DNA of 64,000 nucleotides, from positions 162,812,001-162,876,000 of the forward strand of contig JBITNC010000001.1 in assembly GCA_050084985.1 (NCBI GenBank). Reading direction: 5' to 3'. Both the position numbers and the translations under genes were made by a program. This stretch comes from Nageia nagi (Eukaryota > Plantae > Pinophyta). Positions within the stretch are counted from its first letter, which is position 1; the number at the start of each line of letters is the position of its first letter. Below the pieces are notes generated by a model, which did no database searches, had not been told where the DNA came from, and was given only the letters and a program-made list of their open reading frames with translations. Of this stretch, positions 39,792 through 51,579 are shown one piece after another.

Positions 39792-42700
39792 CTATGCAAC
39801 ATATGGTTTTAAATGTAATCCATTTATTGGAATGGGAAACATCTAACCATATAATGAAACCAATGCAAATGAATTGAACTTATTAGCCTTATTGATGACA
39901 TAAGGCTTGAACCACATAGAATCAAAATTTTGTTTCCTATCAAGCTTAGCTCTATATTCTTCTGATTTCAAGACCAAATCACCTTGAATTATTTTACTAT
40001 GGCCTTATTCTCATCAAAAAAATTCATAACTACATTATTTATTTTCTAAAGCTCTTTACAAGAATCATTCCCCATTTCCTCTAGATATAGCAATTTACAG
40101 TCATACCCACATGGGTTGAAAATCTGGCATATAATCTTCTTGTAAAATTCTAAGTGTTGGGAGCTCAATATGGTTGGGTAATACTACTCTTTTCTCATAA
40201 AATAATGTTTAATGATATTTCTTGATGGATTTCATCATTGTAATGTGATCCATCCATAAAGCTAGATCTAATTTCTTATCCTAGTCTCTCTAGTTCTCCT
40301 AGACATATCTCTTTATAATTCAAAGCAAGTTATTTTTAGTAGACTCAACTAGACCATTACCATAAGGGTACTAATTTGAAAATTTCTTTTAATAAATCTT
40401 ATACTTTATTACAAATTCAATTATTATTTATCCTAGGAATGCCAAGCCATATCTAAAATGATTACCTATAGAATATTTAACCTAGTAATCAATTTTTATA
40501 TAAAAGTTATAATGGTATCCTATTTAGCATTCCTTATAGCAATTACTTCAACCCATCTAGTGAAATAATAAGTTGTGATAAATATGAACTTGCATCTAGA
40601 TGAATAATTTAGGTTTATGACTCCAACAAAGTCTAATTCCCATAGTTGAAAAGGTTCTTCAACCATTATCAGCTACAAAGGAAGAGCTACCATTCTTCTC
40701 CTTCCAACATAATGCTTGCATTTATGACACTCATTGGAGATCTTAAATGCATATTTGAATATGGTTGGCCAATATTACCTAACTTTCATGACTTTTTTTG
40801 TAGTTATATAGCTTGAATAATGGCAACCCAGATGTCTTGGAATAGAATTCCTTGATTACATGATCTAATTCCTCTAGCATTATGCATCTTACCAGGATCC
40901 CATTATGACATTCTTGGTAGAGAATATAATTTTTCATGGTATAGCTTAAGATATGCAACTTGAATCTTCTTCTTTATGAAGGTTCAACATTTTGTGGGAG
41001 TATCCCATATTAGAAGTACTTTATCAGTTGGTCTATCTAGTTCTTTTTTCTTTAAGGATTCACCTGAATCATTTTGTACTTCTTAAAAGAATACTAAATG
41101 TTATGAGGTGTCTATGATGCATTATCAGAATATACCTCTTCCTTTTATGAATTTTTTGGACCTACATATACATCATACTAATTAATCTTGGTTATCCATA
41201 TGACTCTACCTTCCCCTAGTTCCCTTTGGAGGATGTACTTTCTCACATGTGGTTGTACCTTTAGCACCAAAACTTAGCTTTAAGACATAAAATATTTAAT
41301 TTTATTGAGTGCCTTCATGAATATATACACTTACTTCTCAATGAATCTATATCTTTCTTTGTGTTTATGGAAGGTTTTACTATAAAAGGCTATTAGATAT
41401 TCCTCACTCTTGTCTCCCTTTTGAGTTAAAATAATTGCAATATTATTTTTTCCCCATAAGCATAAATAATTAACTCCTTACTAAAATTTGAATTCCTAAG
41501 GATTGATGTTCTCATTATTGCTAACTTGATCTTCTTGAAAGCCTCTTTTCTTTTTGAAGCTTAGTGGAATGATGTTTATTTCTTTAGCATCTCCATGATT
41601 GATCTTATGATTCTAGAAAAGTATTGGATGAAAATTATTACAAAGTTAACTTGGTCTAAGAAGGATTTGAGGACTTTCTTATGATAAGGAAAGGTTAATT
41701 TAGAAATAACACCTACCCAATTTGGATCAATTGACCACCTTTCCTTAGAGATGATGTATCCCAAATACTTTCATTCCCTTACAATTAAGATAGACTTATT
41801 AGGATTTAAATAAATCCCAAATTGTTGGTATTTTTGGAACACTTTATGAAGGTGTTGTAGATGATATTTATTTTATCAAAAGAAAATCATGATATCATCC
41901 AAGTAACATGGATAATTTTATTTACTAATACTCAAAATGGATGATCCATTGTTCTATGGAAAGTGACTTCAACATTAGATAGACCAAATGGATTCCTTTG
42001 GAATGTAAAGGTTCCTTTCTTTTTGTTGGAAGCCATTTTGTAATGGTCTTCATCCCTTACCTATACCTAGTTATAACTAGAAAATCCATCAATTAAGGAG
42101 AAATATTTTGCCCCAGCAACTATATGCAAGATTTGTTCCATCGATGGTAGGGGTTATTTATCATTTAGGGATAATTTTTTTAGGTTTTATAAATACAAAA
42201 AGAGACTTATGTATTTATTCTTATTCCTTATCAAGACTATATTTGCAAACTAGGTTGAATACTTGATTAGGTAAATGATGTTGACATTGAAAAGTTTTAG
42301 CACTTCTTGCTTCATAACTATTTCAATCAAAGGATTGATTGGTATCTACTTTTGTCAAATAGGCCTTACATCATCCATAAACTCTATGGTATGTTGGATA
42401 ACTCCTTTACCAAAGACTTTCATATTATCAATCAACCAAGCTATGATCTTTGAAAACTTTTTACATAAATTCAGATTCTTCCTTATTTCTTCAAGGATGT
42501 TTTGCTCACCAATCTTCAGAATCTTCTTTGGGGATATCTCCATTTTTTTTAAGGTTTTTTATTCAATCATTATTTCTCTATTTTTTAGTACTACCTTCCT
42601 AGTTAAAGAGTTTATCAAAAGAAACTATACCCTTGGCCAATGTATCATTTTGTAGCTATACAATATCTTATTGTTGGTATGACTCTTCTATGGATTGAGA

Positions 42701-44140
42701 GTTTCAATATAAAATCTCTTTAGTTAGAAATTTATTAATATCTTGATCATCATTGAATATTTTATACAAGCATTCATATCCAACATTGAGGGCTTGTATA
42801 TTACATTTACACCTTTTTTCCTAAAGAATTATTTTGTTAGATCAAACTTTGCAACCTTTTGGGCTAATGCATCTACCTCCTAGTTTTCTAATCTAGGAAT
42901 AGCCATGTAATTAATAGCATAAAAAATCTAAAAGAGATATCAAACCCTATTTCTATATGGTCTTAAGTAATGATATTTGGTTGAAAACTTTTCAATGAAA
43001 TGGTTGATTACTAGTTCAAAGTCTTTGATATATGGATACACTATATGCCCATGTTGGTCACTTGCTCCAACCTTAGGAAAAGAGACTCATACTCAATCAT
43101 GTTGTTCATGCAACTCCATGTGAATCGAAATGCAAATTTCTTCATTCCTTCTAAGGAAGATTAATTTGTAACTATCCCAACTTTCACTTTGACCTTGGAT
43201 ATAGCACCATAAAAGTGTATATCCCATACTTTTGAACCTCTTAGTTGGTTTTTTCTCTGGTTCAGTACTAAAGTCTCCAACTCAATGATAACATAATTCT
43301 TATGTTCAACTTCTTATATTGAATTAAGAAAATTCATGGTTTTTTTATTTTAAATATGTAGTTCCTTAATCAATCCATCAAGCTCTTCTACTCCATAGTA
43401 TTTCATATATATCTAATTCATATTTTTCATATGCATAGGAGATGTGAATTCATTTAATATTTTCTCTTTCTTATCCTTACATGGAACCATGATGTGTGTG
43501 TAATACATGGCCAAGTAACCCCTAAATTTAATAGTGAACTCTCTAGATAGGCAAAGTCCAAATAAAGTTAGTAAGTTTACCACAATAATATTTTGGATCA
43601 TTGATATATTCATATACTTATGCAACCTCATTCCCATATCTTTAAACACACCAATCAGCTTATTGGTTATGTCAATCTCCAACACTCCATTCTATATTCT
43701 TGTACATTCTAGAAGTATTACATCTACAATGTTCTTCAATATAATGGTATTTGAAGCTTAAAAATCAATCAAATAATTATACACCATATGAATTTCTATT
43801 TGTAATTATATGTAGAAAGATATAGGTTTAATTTTCCCCATTCTTGGAAGCTTAGCAACAACTTCCAAATTATAGTTAGATATATCTTCATCCTTATTTG
43901 TGGAAAATAAGGTTTCATTGAGGATGTCAATCTACCCAAGAATATTTAATGTATCAAATAGAGATACTTGAGTAGGATTCCATTTCAATTCCTCAACAAT
44001 ATTATAAGGGCTTATGGTTGCATGCCTACCTTCCATTTTTTATAATCTTCATAGAATTACTAATCTCCTTCCTCTTTATGCACCCAATTCAATGATGGAA
44101 ATCGAAACATTCTAAAGGCCTTCTCTCTTTCATAAATGAA
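39792..44140 (-). pseudogene. Tat pol remnant of element D: gag end-PROT-aRH-RT-RH-INT
   Basis: Segments include YNIVEELKWNPTQVSLFD (about 43950-44010), protease region 43413-43800, aRH WDIHFYGAISK...FAFRFTWSCMNNMIEYESL (about 43080-43230), RT FSLIDGFSSYN and LDDI (41880-42150), RH 41150-41500, and INT FQLWELDFVG...FITTYYFTRWVEV ending PINGLHLKPYVA* at 39792. Confidence 0.85.
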
Positions 44141-44560
44141 CTATTAGTTTTATTTGAGTTAATTATTTTAGCTACTATTAATGGTATATATATATTTACA
44201 TTTGATTTGTTCCTCGAAAAAAAAAGACCAAAAAGTGATTTTAATTATGGTTTTAAACTACCACCTTATATATTTCCCAATGGTTATCTTCCTACTGCCT
44301 ATGAGGCCACCACAAAAAGTCTCCTCTCTAAGGTGGCATATAATAACCATCAATATATGGTACCCAAAACTACCACCTAATGTTAGAAATAGGTAGTTAT
44401 AAACTATCTCTAAATAAACCAATGCGAGTAGCTAAAACCACCCCTCAATTGGTCTCATCAATTTTTAAAAGTGGCAATTTTAGCCATCAATTTATGAATG
44501 TGAGCATAAGTTTAAAACCATCACATATTTATCACATTTAAAAAAAAACAAGGTGTAGCA
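44140..44560. repeat. Cluster of short aaaac(t/c)acc(a)cc-type motifs in both orientations, possibly a DNA-transposon subterminal region
   Basis: Motifs include aaactaccacct (about 44256 and 44367), aaaaccacccc (about 44435), and inverted forms ggtagtt and gtggcaattttag. They resemble CpG-decayed subterminal repeats. No clear TIR or TSD was found. Confidence 0.35.
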
Positions 44561-47500
44561 AGCTACATTATCCTTGGTTACCTAAGGCACTTGAGCTTAA
44601 TCATAGTGAGCCCAATTATGATGCTGGACATGGACTCTTGAAGGATGGCCCCATGGAACTAACCAATCATTATATATATATATGTGATGAAGTGGTAAGT
44701 TAGCAAAAACATACTTGTAATACTTTGCAACTATTCAACCTATAAATGTAAATGCTATCTTGTCTTACCTCCATAATAAGTACAAGAAGATATCTTTCGA
44801 TTAGGATAACCTATTAAAAATATAATGAATTAGAAGCTCTCAATAGATGTAACATAATTATGCTTCAATATTGTTCACAATGTTACCAAAAATCCAACTT
44901 ACAATCTTCAAACATATGATATGAAATGATCCAAGTACACCATATGATAGGAAACTATGGGCTTTTAAGAAGATGCATGATGCATTTCTTGGGAATTATT
45001 TGAGAAGATGCATGATTCAAACATAATTTTATTGTCTGTAATGATAGCAAGATACAAACACATGATGCAAGGCCTAGGAATTTTTTGACAAGATGAATAA
45101 TGAAAATATAGTTTCATTATTTGTAATTATTTCACGATACAAACACATGATGCAAGGCTTGGGAATTATTTAACAAGATACATGATGCAAACACAACTCA
45201 ATAAGATTCAAATATGCTCTACAATTATGCTTAAATGATAAACAATGTCATAATTATAATAAAGGATTACAAAATCATGCTCAAATGATTCAAATATGCT
45301 TTATAGTTTTAATTATTGTTCAATTGATTCAAATATGCTCTACAACACTACTACCATAAAATTTTGATTTACAAGCACCAAATAGACACATCCATACACC
45401 CAAGTAGAACTTTAAAAAAAAAATGAAATGGAACATATAACCTGATAGACATGAATGAAAAATGTGGATGATGCATGATGCAAAAAGAATCTCATGGATT
45501 GCAATAGTTTGAGGAAATGCAATTCATAGATATAGCAATATGCCCTTAAACTATGATCTAATGAACTACTTAGGAACCATATATTTTTTCTATGTTTAGC
45601 TATGTATTACAAGCATTTTTTTTCCAACTTAGGTAGGCACTTGTAGTATACTCATTATTTAGATTTTTTGGATCATATGGTGTATTTAAATCATTTCATA
45701 TCATATGTTGAATAGTTGCTTTCCTTTTCTAAGCTAATTTGTGGATCATACGATGTATTTAAATCATTTCATATCACATGTTAAATAGTTTATTTCCTTC
45801 TCCAATCCATTTTTTGGATCATATGGTGTATTTAAATCATTTTATAATGTCACAACATATAGTGAAAACCAAAAATAAAAAGGCAAACATGAGGAGCTTA
45901 AGCAAGAAATTGGAATGTTCTTATCATTTCAAGTTTTTTGAGTTGAGAGGTTGAAGAAGAGATGGACATTTAATGTATTTAAATTATTCCATATCACATA
46001 ATATGGTGTATTTAAATCATTCCATATTACATATTATAATTTATTTGTAAGAAGGTTCTAATATAGGCCATGTAATGAAGGAGCCAATAACATATTCCAT
46101 TGTTTTTATTTGACACATCCACATACCCAATTTAGGTATTATGGGTATTTTGACACTTAGGAGTAATTGGTGGTTTGAATTATTATACATTCTCTTAGAA
46201 ATCCTATGAATCCTATAATCATTTCAAACCATGAAACTATTTTTGCATCATGCATCTTATGGTTGTGACTACCCTAATAGATATGTATGCAAAATATGAA
46301 ACAATACACAAGGCTCAAGAATTATTCCATATGTCCATGGGTCCAATTTTTAGAACACCCATTTTATGTGTATCATGCAATCATTGTAGAAGGTGAAGGT
46401 CATAGCTCCCTTGAGAAAGGCTGCATGACAAAGAAGTTCAATAATGTATGTATAATGATTAATCCCATGATTCTAGGATATGCACAAAATGAAAGGTTGT
46501 AGATATTTTTAAGCATATACAATTGTTAGGTGTGAAACTAGCTTCGAGAAAGAAAGAAATAAATTTCCTAAGTTATTAGACATAATCTCATGGAATGCAA
46601 TGATTGGACGATATGTAATTCATAACTAAAACAAATATGCCTTAAAACTCTTCATTATGATGACTAATTGTTATCATATTACACCCATAATGAAATACTA
46701 TAGTTTAAGAAAGAGTCAAAACTAGTCCAAAAGTGGTAAGTTGGCAAAAACATATTTGTAATACTTAGCAATTGTTCAACCCAAAAATTTAAATGCTATG
46801 TTACTTACCTTCATAATAAGCATAGAAAGAAATTTAAATGCTACTTTGCTTATATAACTACACCATATGATATAAAATGAACTAAGTGCATTATATATAA
46901 CGTTCAAAACTTTCTCAAGATAGCCTACATGGCCAAGAAGGTCAACAATGCATATATAATGATTCATCGAGTACTTAGAAAGTTACTAGGCATTTCAAGT
47001 TATGACAAATGACATACTTGGTGCTCTCTTTGCACTTGCAAATTATAAATATCAATAACATGATTATGCTTATAAGTTTAATAATGATATAGATAGAATT
47101 GTTAATTGATGCTATGTAATAACAATTCTATTTACATTATTGAGCACTTAGAAAGTTATCGAGCATTTCAAGTTATGATAAATGACATACTTGATTCTCT
47201 CTTTGCACTTACAAATTATAACAACAATGACATGTCAATCATAAGCATAGATATGATTATAAGCATTGACTTGTGAAAAACCACTATTGTAAGTATGATA
47301 TTGATACAAATAGAATTATGAATTGATGTTATCTATTAACAATTCTATCTACGTTATCATATATGATATGCTATGTTGCTTACCTCCACAATAAGAAAAA
47401 TAAGATATAAAGGTTGGATTTTTTTCCTCCTAGATAACCTATACAAAACATCATGCATTAATAAATTCAAGGCTAGTTACATTTACAAGCTCTTAAAAGA

Positions 47501-48857
47501 TATATCATTGTTATGCTTTAGCATTGTTCATAATGTTACCACACAACCACCTAGATAAATAAAATTGTAGAGATTTTAATATGGTGAGGCAATTACAACT
47601 ATACCATATGATATGAAATGATTTCCCTCTATAGAAAAATTCGTAGATGAAGAAAAATACTTTATCCCATGTTTGGTAGGTGATTCTCAAGATAGCTTTC
47701 ATAAGCCACAACATTTGATTTACAAGCCATGTCTCCATTCATCTCACATTGTCTCCTTTGGTATAACCACATCTCCTCATATATGGTCTCACCTCATCTC
47801 TCTGGTCTCTCCAATACACAAAATGCACCTCTCTTCTCCAACAATGATCATACTACATGCATAGATAGGATATGAAACTATATCAAGTGCACTATATGTA
47901 TGATATGAAATGATCTAAGTACACTATAAGATATGAAATTGTGTTAAGTGCACTATAGTATGGTATGAAATAATCTAAATGCACCTCTCTCCTCCAACCC
48001 CTCATCTCAAAAAACTCAAAATCATGAAAACTTTTCAAATGCCAAAAAATAATGGAATATATTGTGAGATACTTCATTTCCTAACCTATAATACTTAGCC
48101 AAACATAGAAAAAACATATGATTCCCAAGTGGATATCATGTTGTATATATAGAATTATGAATGAAAACAATGGAACATGTTGTGGGTTCCTTCATTTCTT
48201 GGCTTGTATTAGTCACTTTATATAAATAAATTATTACATGATATGAAATGATTTATCTAGATTATCTAAATGATCCAAGAGTGGCAAGTTTACAAAAACA
48301 TGCTTGTAATACTTATCCAAATATAGAAAAACTATATGGTTCCCAAGTGGATGTCTTGTTCTATATATAAAATGATAAGATGAAAATAATGGAGCATGTT
48401 GTGGGTTCCTCCATTTCCAAGCATGTATCATAACCTTTATACAAATAAATTATGATATATGATATAAAAAATATTTCTGCATCATACATATTCCATATTG
48501 CAATCCATGAAACTGTATATGCATCATGTATCTTTCATATTTTGCATACATATCTATCAAGTTTTATATTCCATTTCAATTTTACAAAAAGTGCTTCGTA
48601 GGTGTGTGGATGTGTCTACTTAGTGGTTCTAAGTCGAATGTTATGGTAGTCATATTGTAAATCATATTTGATTCATTTGAGAAATAATTGAAATTATAGA
48701 GCATATTTGAATACCTTCATATCATATAGTACAGTAGCATCATTTCATACCAATATGGTGTACTTAGATCATTTCATGTCATATGTTAGTGCATTTGGAT
48801 AATTTTATATCATATGGTGCACTTGATCATGAACATGCCTTTATCTTTCATCATTTG

Positions 48858-48860
<3 letters not shown>

Positions 48861-48899
<39 letters not shown>
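48861..48899. repeat. (AC)n microsatellite, about 19 units
   Basis: Directly visible. Confidence 0.97.
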
Positions 48900-48901
<2 letters not shown>

Positions 48902-49053
48902 ATGATTGGTTAGTTCCATTCGACCATCCTTTGAGAGCCAATGGACAACATCATAAATGGGCTCATTATGATTGAGCATGGGTTCCAAAACACTCATAAA
49001 CCATGAATTAGGTGTGTGGATGTGTGTAATTAGTCCTTTATAAATCAAATATT

Positions 49054-49284
49054 ATGGTTTTGAATGATTGGATAGATATGTATGCAAAGTGTGGAATAAT
49101 ACTAAAGGCCCATATACATGTATGCAAAATGGGAGCTCTAGAAGAAGATATGTACATACATCAAAGAGTAGCTGAAAATGGTTTTTCCTTGAATATTATG
49201 GTTTTGAATTCCCTAATAGACATGTATGCAAAATGTGAAATAATACACAAGGGCCAAGAATTATTTTATAGATACTTGACATGA
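49054..49284 (+). pseudogene. PLS-class PPR fragment
   Basis: The ORF reads WIDMYAKCGIILKAH|VCKMGALEEDMYIHQRVAENGFSLNIMVLNSLIDMYAKCEIIHKGQELF, i.e. fused partial PPR motifs with no gene context. Confidence 0.85.
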
Positions 49285-49518
49285 TATGAAATGATTTAAA
49301 TATAGTACCATATGATCCAAAAATTATCTTGGATAAGGAAAGAAATTTTTTGAAACAAATATTTTCTAAGTATCAAAAACTAGTCCAAAAATGATAAGTT
49401 AGTAAAAAAACACAAAGCCTAGGAATTGTTTAACAAGATGCATGATGCAAGCATAGTTTCATGGAATGCAATTGTTAGGTGTGAAGCTGAACTCTATAAC
49501 CTTTGTAAGCAATCTTTC

Positions 49519-49660
49519 TAGTACATATTCTAAATAGATCAAAGACCTCATTGCAAAAGATCAATTCAAATTATGAATATGCGGAGATTATTAATCTAGG
49601 TAATATTCATAATTTGAATCAATCTCTTTCAAGAAGGTATTATAGGCTATATTATGTGCT
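49519..49660. repeat. Long imperfect inverted repeat (hairpin)
   Basis: Perfect 17-bp core ATTCAAATTATGAATAT ... ATATTCATAATTTGAAT. The stem extends imperfectly to about 45 bp per arm (49545-49640) and weakly beyond. Confidence 0.9.
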
Positions 49661-51579
49661 TTGTAAGAACTATTTTTTAGTCTCTCATTATTTGAATGAG
49701 AAATTAAAAAAGGCTCTTAGCAAAGCATAAAATTTAGCCTATAAAGAACAAAAATTTAATAGCTTGAGAAACCTTTATGTGTATATATATATATTAATGA
49801 TGACTAATCAATTCTATTGGCCACCTCTTGATGGAAATTATGTAATATATATGCCCTTACACAATTTCAACTAAAGTATATCATGAATAGGTTAACATAG
49901 TAACCTGATCTCTGGAGTAGGTTTGTTCCTTATCCATTGGGTGTAAATGAAAATAATAAGTAACAAGAAAGAAACAAAAGAAAGTAGAGTGCAAGAAATA
50001 AAGCAAGAAAGATAGGGAGCAAGAGTGAAGCAAGGGGCAGATCACTAGTTTGGTGTAGGCTTTCACATAACGTGAAACCTTGGCAAGAATGTAGTGTAGA
50101 AGCAATAGTGTAAGATTTCATTCTCTAAATTATTCTTCAACTTAACTCTACCATATAAGTAGACACAGTTATACCAACAACTTGTTGTTATCATTCAGGA
50201 AATATCCATTACTTGCCACAATATAACTAGATTAAGAATAATAAAACCAAGTGTTGGACAAGAAAGGTCAAGATGGCATTATATTACTAATAGAACAAAA
50301 GGTCATCAAAAACGAATACAAGAGGCAATAATAGAAATTCTAACCCCTTTTGCTCTATCTTCAACTAAATTTATACTAGGCTAGAATGGTTTTAGAATGA
50401 CTGAAACAAAATAGTTACAAAATGGCCCAAAGATTTTGGCCTTCTTTTAATAAATAGCTAACTATTTCTACCACATGGCATTTTATTTCTAAAAATTGAA
50501 AGATTTAGAATTGTAACTACCTCTAAATTGTGACAAGCATGTTTTCTAGGTGCTATTTGAACCTATATTACATTTACAAAAGATTCCCTAATTGATTATG
50601 ATGATTTCAGAGCTTTTCCATCTTCCAATGGTTATTTTAGAGCCTTCTCAATTTTAGGCTCATATTTTGAATTCTTTTGGTGAAGTTGTTCTTGGGCAAA
50701 GATTCCTTTTGTTACATCTGACATCATCAATCTTTGGACTATGGTTTTGAAGGCTTTCATTTTTTGTTGACATCACTTCCTTTTTGCACCTTTGTAAGGT
50801 GAAGCAAGTAACTCTAGGAGATATTAGTTTTGCTTATGACATCATCCTTCTCTAAATCAGTTCTTTTGGCCAAAGTGGGTTTCACTTTACTTTGCTAACA
50901 TTACATCCTTTTGTGCTCTAGAACACCTAATTTAGCTACTGCAAAACTTTTAGCTTTATCTACTAATGTCACTACTCCCAGAGTTTGATTTTAGACAAAA
51001 ATAATACTCACTTATACTCTACTAACATCACCTCTTTTCATGCCTTGAAACACCTAACTTAGCTACCACATAACTTTTAGCACTACTTGCTAACATCACC
51101 ATTCTCTAAGTCTAGTTTTAGGCAAAATCCTATACTCTACTGACATCATATTTGGAGATAGGTATAATTAGTGCATTTTCTTATCAAAACTATCCAAAAT
51201 TTATGGAATATTTAGGATGAGTTTGTTAAAACATCCTTCCTTAGACAAATAAGAACAATACACATCGAGAAGCCACTAGGGTGTTATGCTATGTATGCAT
51301 ATACATTTGGTGATATCTACGAGAAAATTTTGCTTTTTACACAAGAAATTTTGAACCCAATGAAAAACTTTGAAAAGGGAAAGGAACTAAGCTTCAATTC
51401 TATGAACTTAGGAACTGCTAAACCTTTCCCCAATTTACATGCATTTTGGAGAAGTCTTTTAACCTTGAATGAGCTAGGGCTATAGTATTTAAAACTTCAT
51501 AGGACACTTGCCATGTTTCTGCAACAACTACTATAAGCTAACCCCAACTTTTGCCTAATAATCAAAGAGTTTTAACAAA

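Larger units (their letters stand above)
1..44140 (-). mobile_element. Element D: Ty3/gypsy Tat-lineage LTR retrotransposon, 5'-truncated, host of the nested insertions
   Basis: pol remnants lie at 39792-44140 and the accessory 3' ORF continues on the far side of element B (TSD gtgtt 9110-9114 / gtgtc 39356-39360). Removing the B, hAT and MITE insertions gives a continuous element collinear with E. Confidence 0.75.
44560..49520. repeat. Mosaic of PLS-PPR gene fragments, a ~27-bp satellite (atatgatatgaaatgatctaagtacac) and duplicated non-coding modules in both orientations
   Basis: PPR pieces lie at 44990-45200 (three tandem ELFxKMHDxNI copies), 45440-45600, 46275-46340 (LIDMYAKYETIHKAQELF), 46460-46540, 46590-46655 (SWNAMIGRYVIHN), 46900-46967 minus (HYICIVDLLGHVGYLE), 48480-48570 minus, 49054-49284 and 49410-49520. 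Tandem duplications occur at 46970-47140/47142-47358, 45665-45850 and 48090-48470. Confidence 0.85.

Noticed and set aside
42275-42655. Plus-strand ORFs opposite pol (also 43534-43761, 56570-56761, 57147-57356; minus-strand 28194-28544, 61405-61590, 63263-63550)
   Set aside because: These are antisense shadows of retroelement coding frames with no independent motif.
49054-49284. Functional PPR gene
   Set aside because: It has fewer than three fused partial motifs, is flanked by satellite, and has no targeting peptide or E/DYW continuation.
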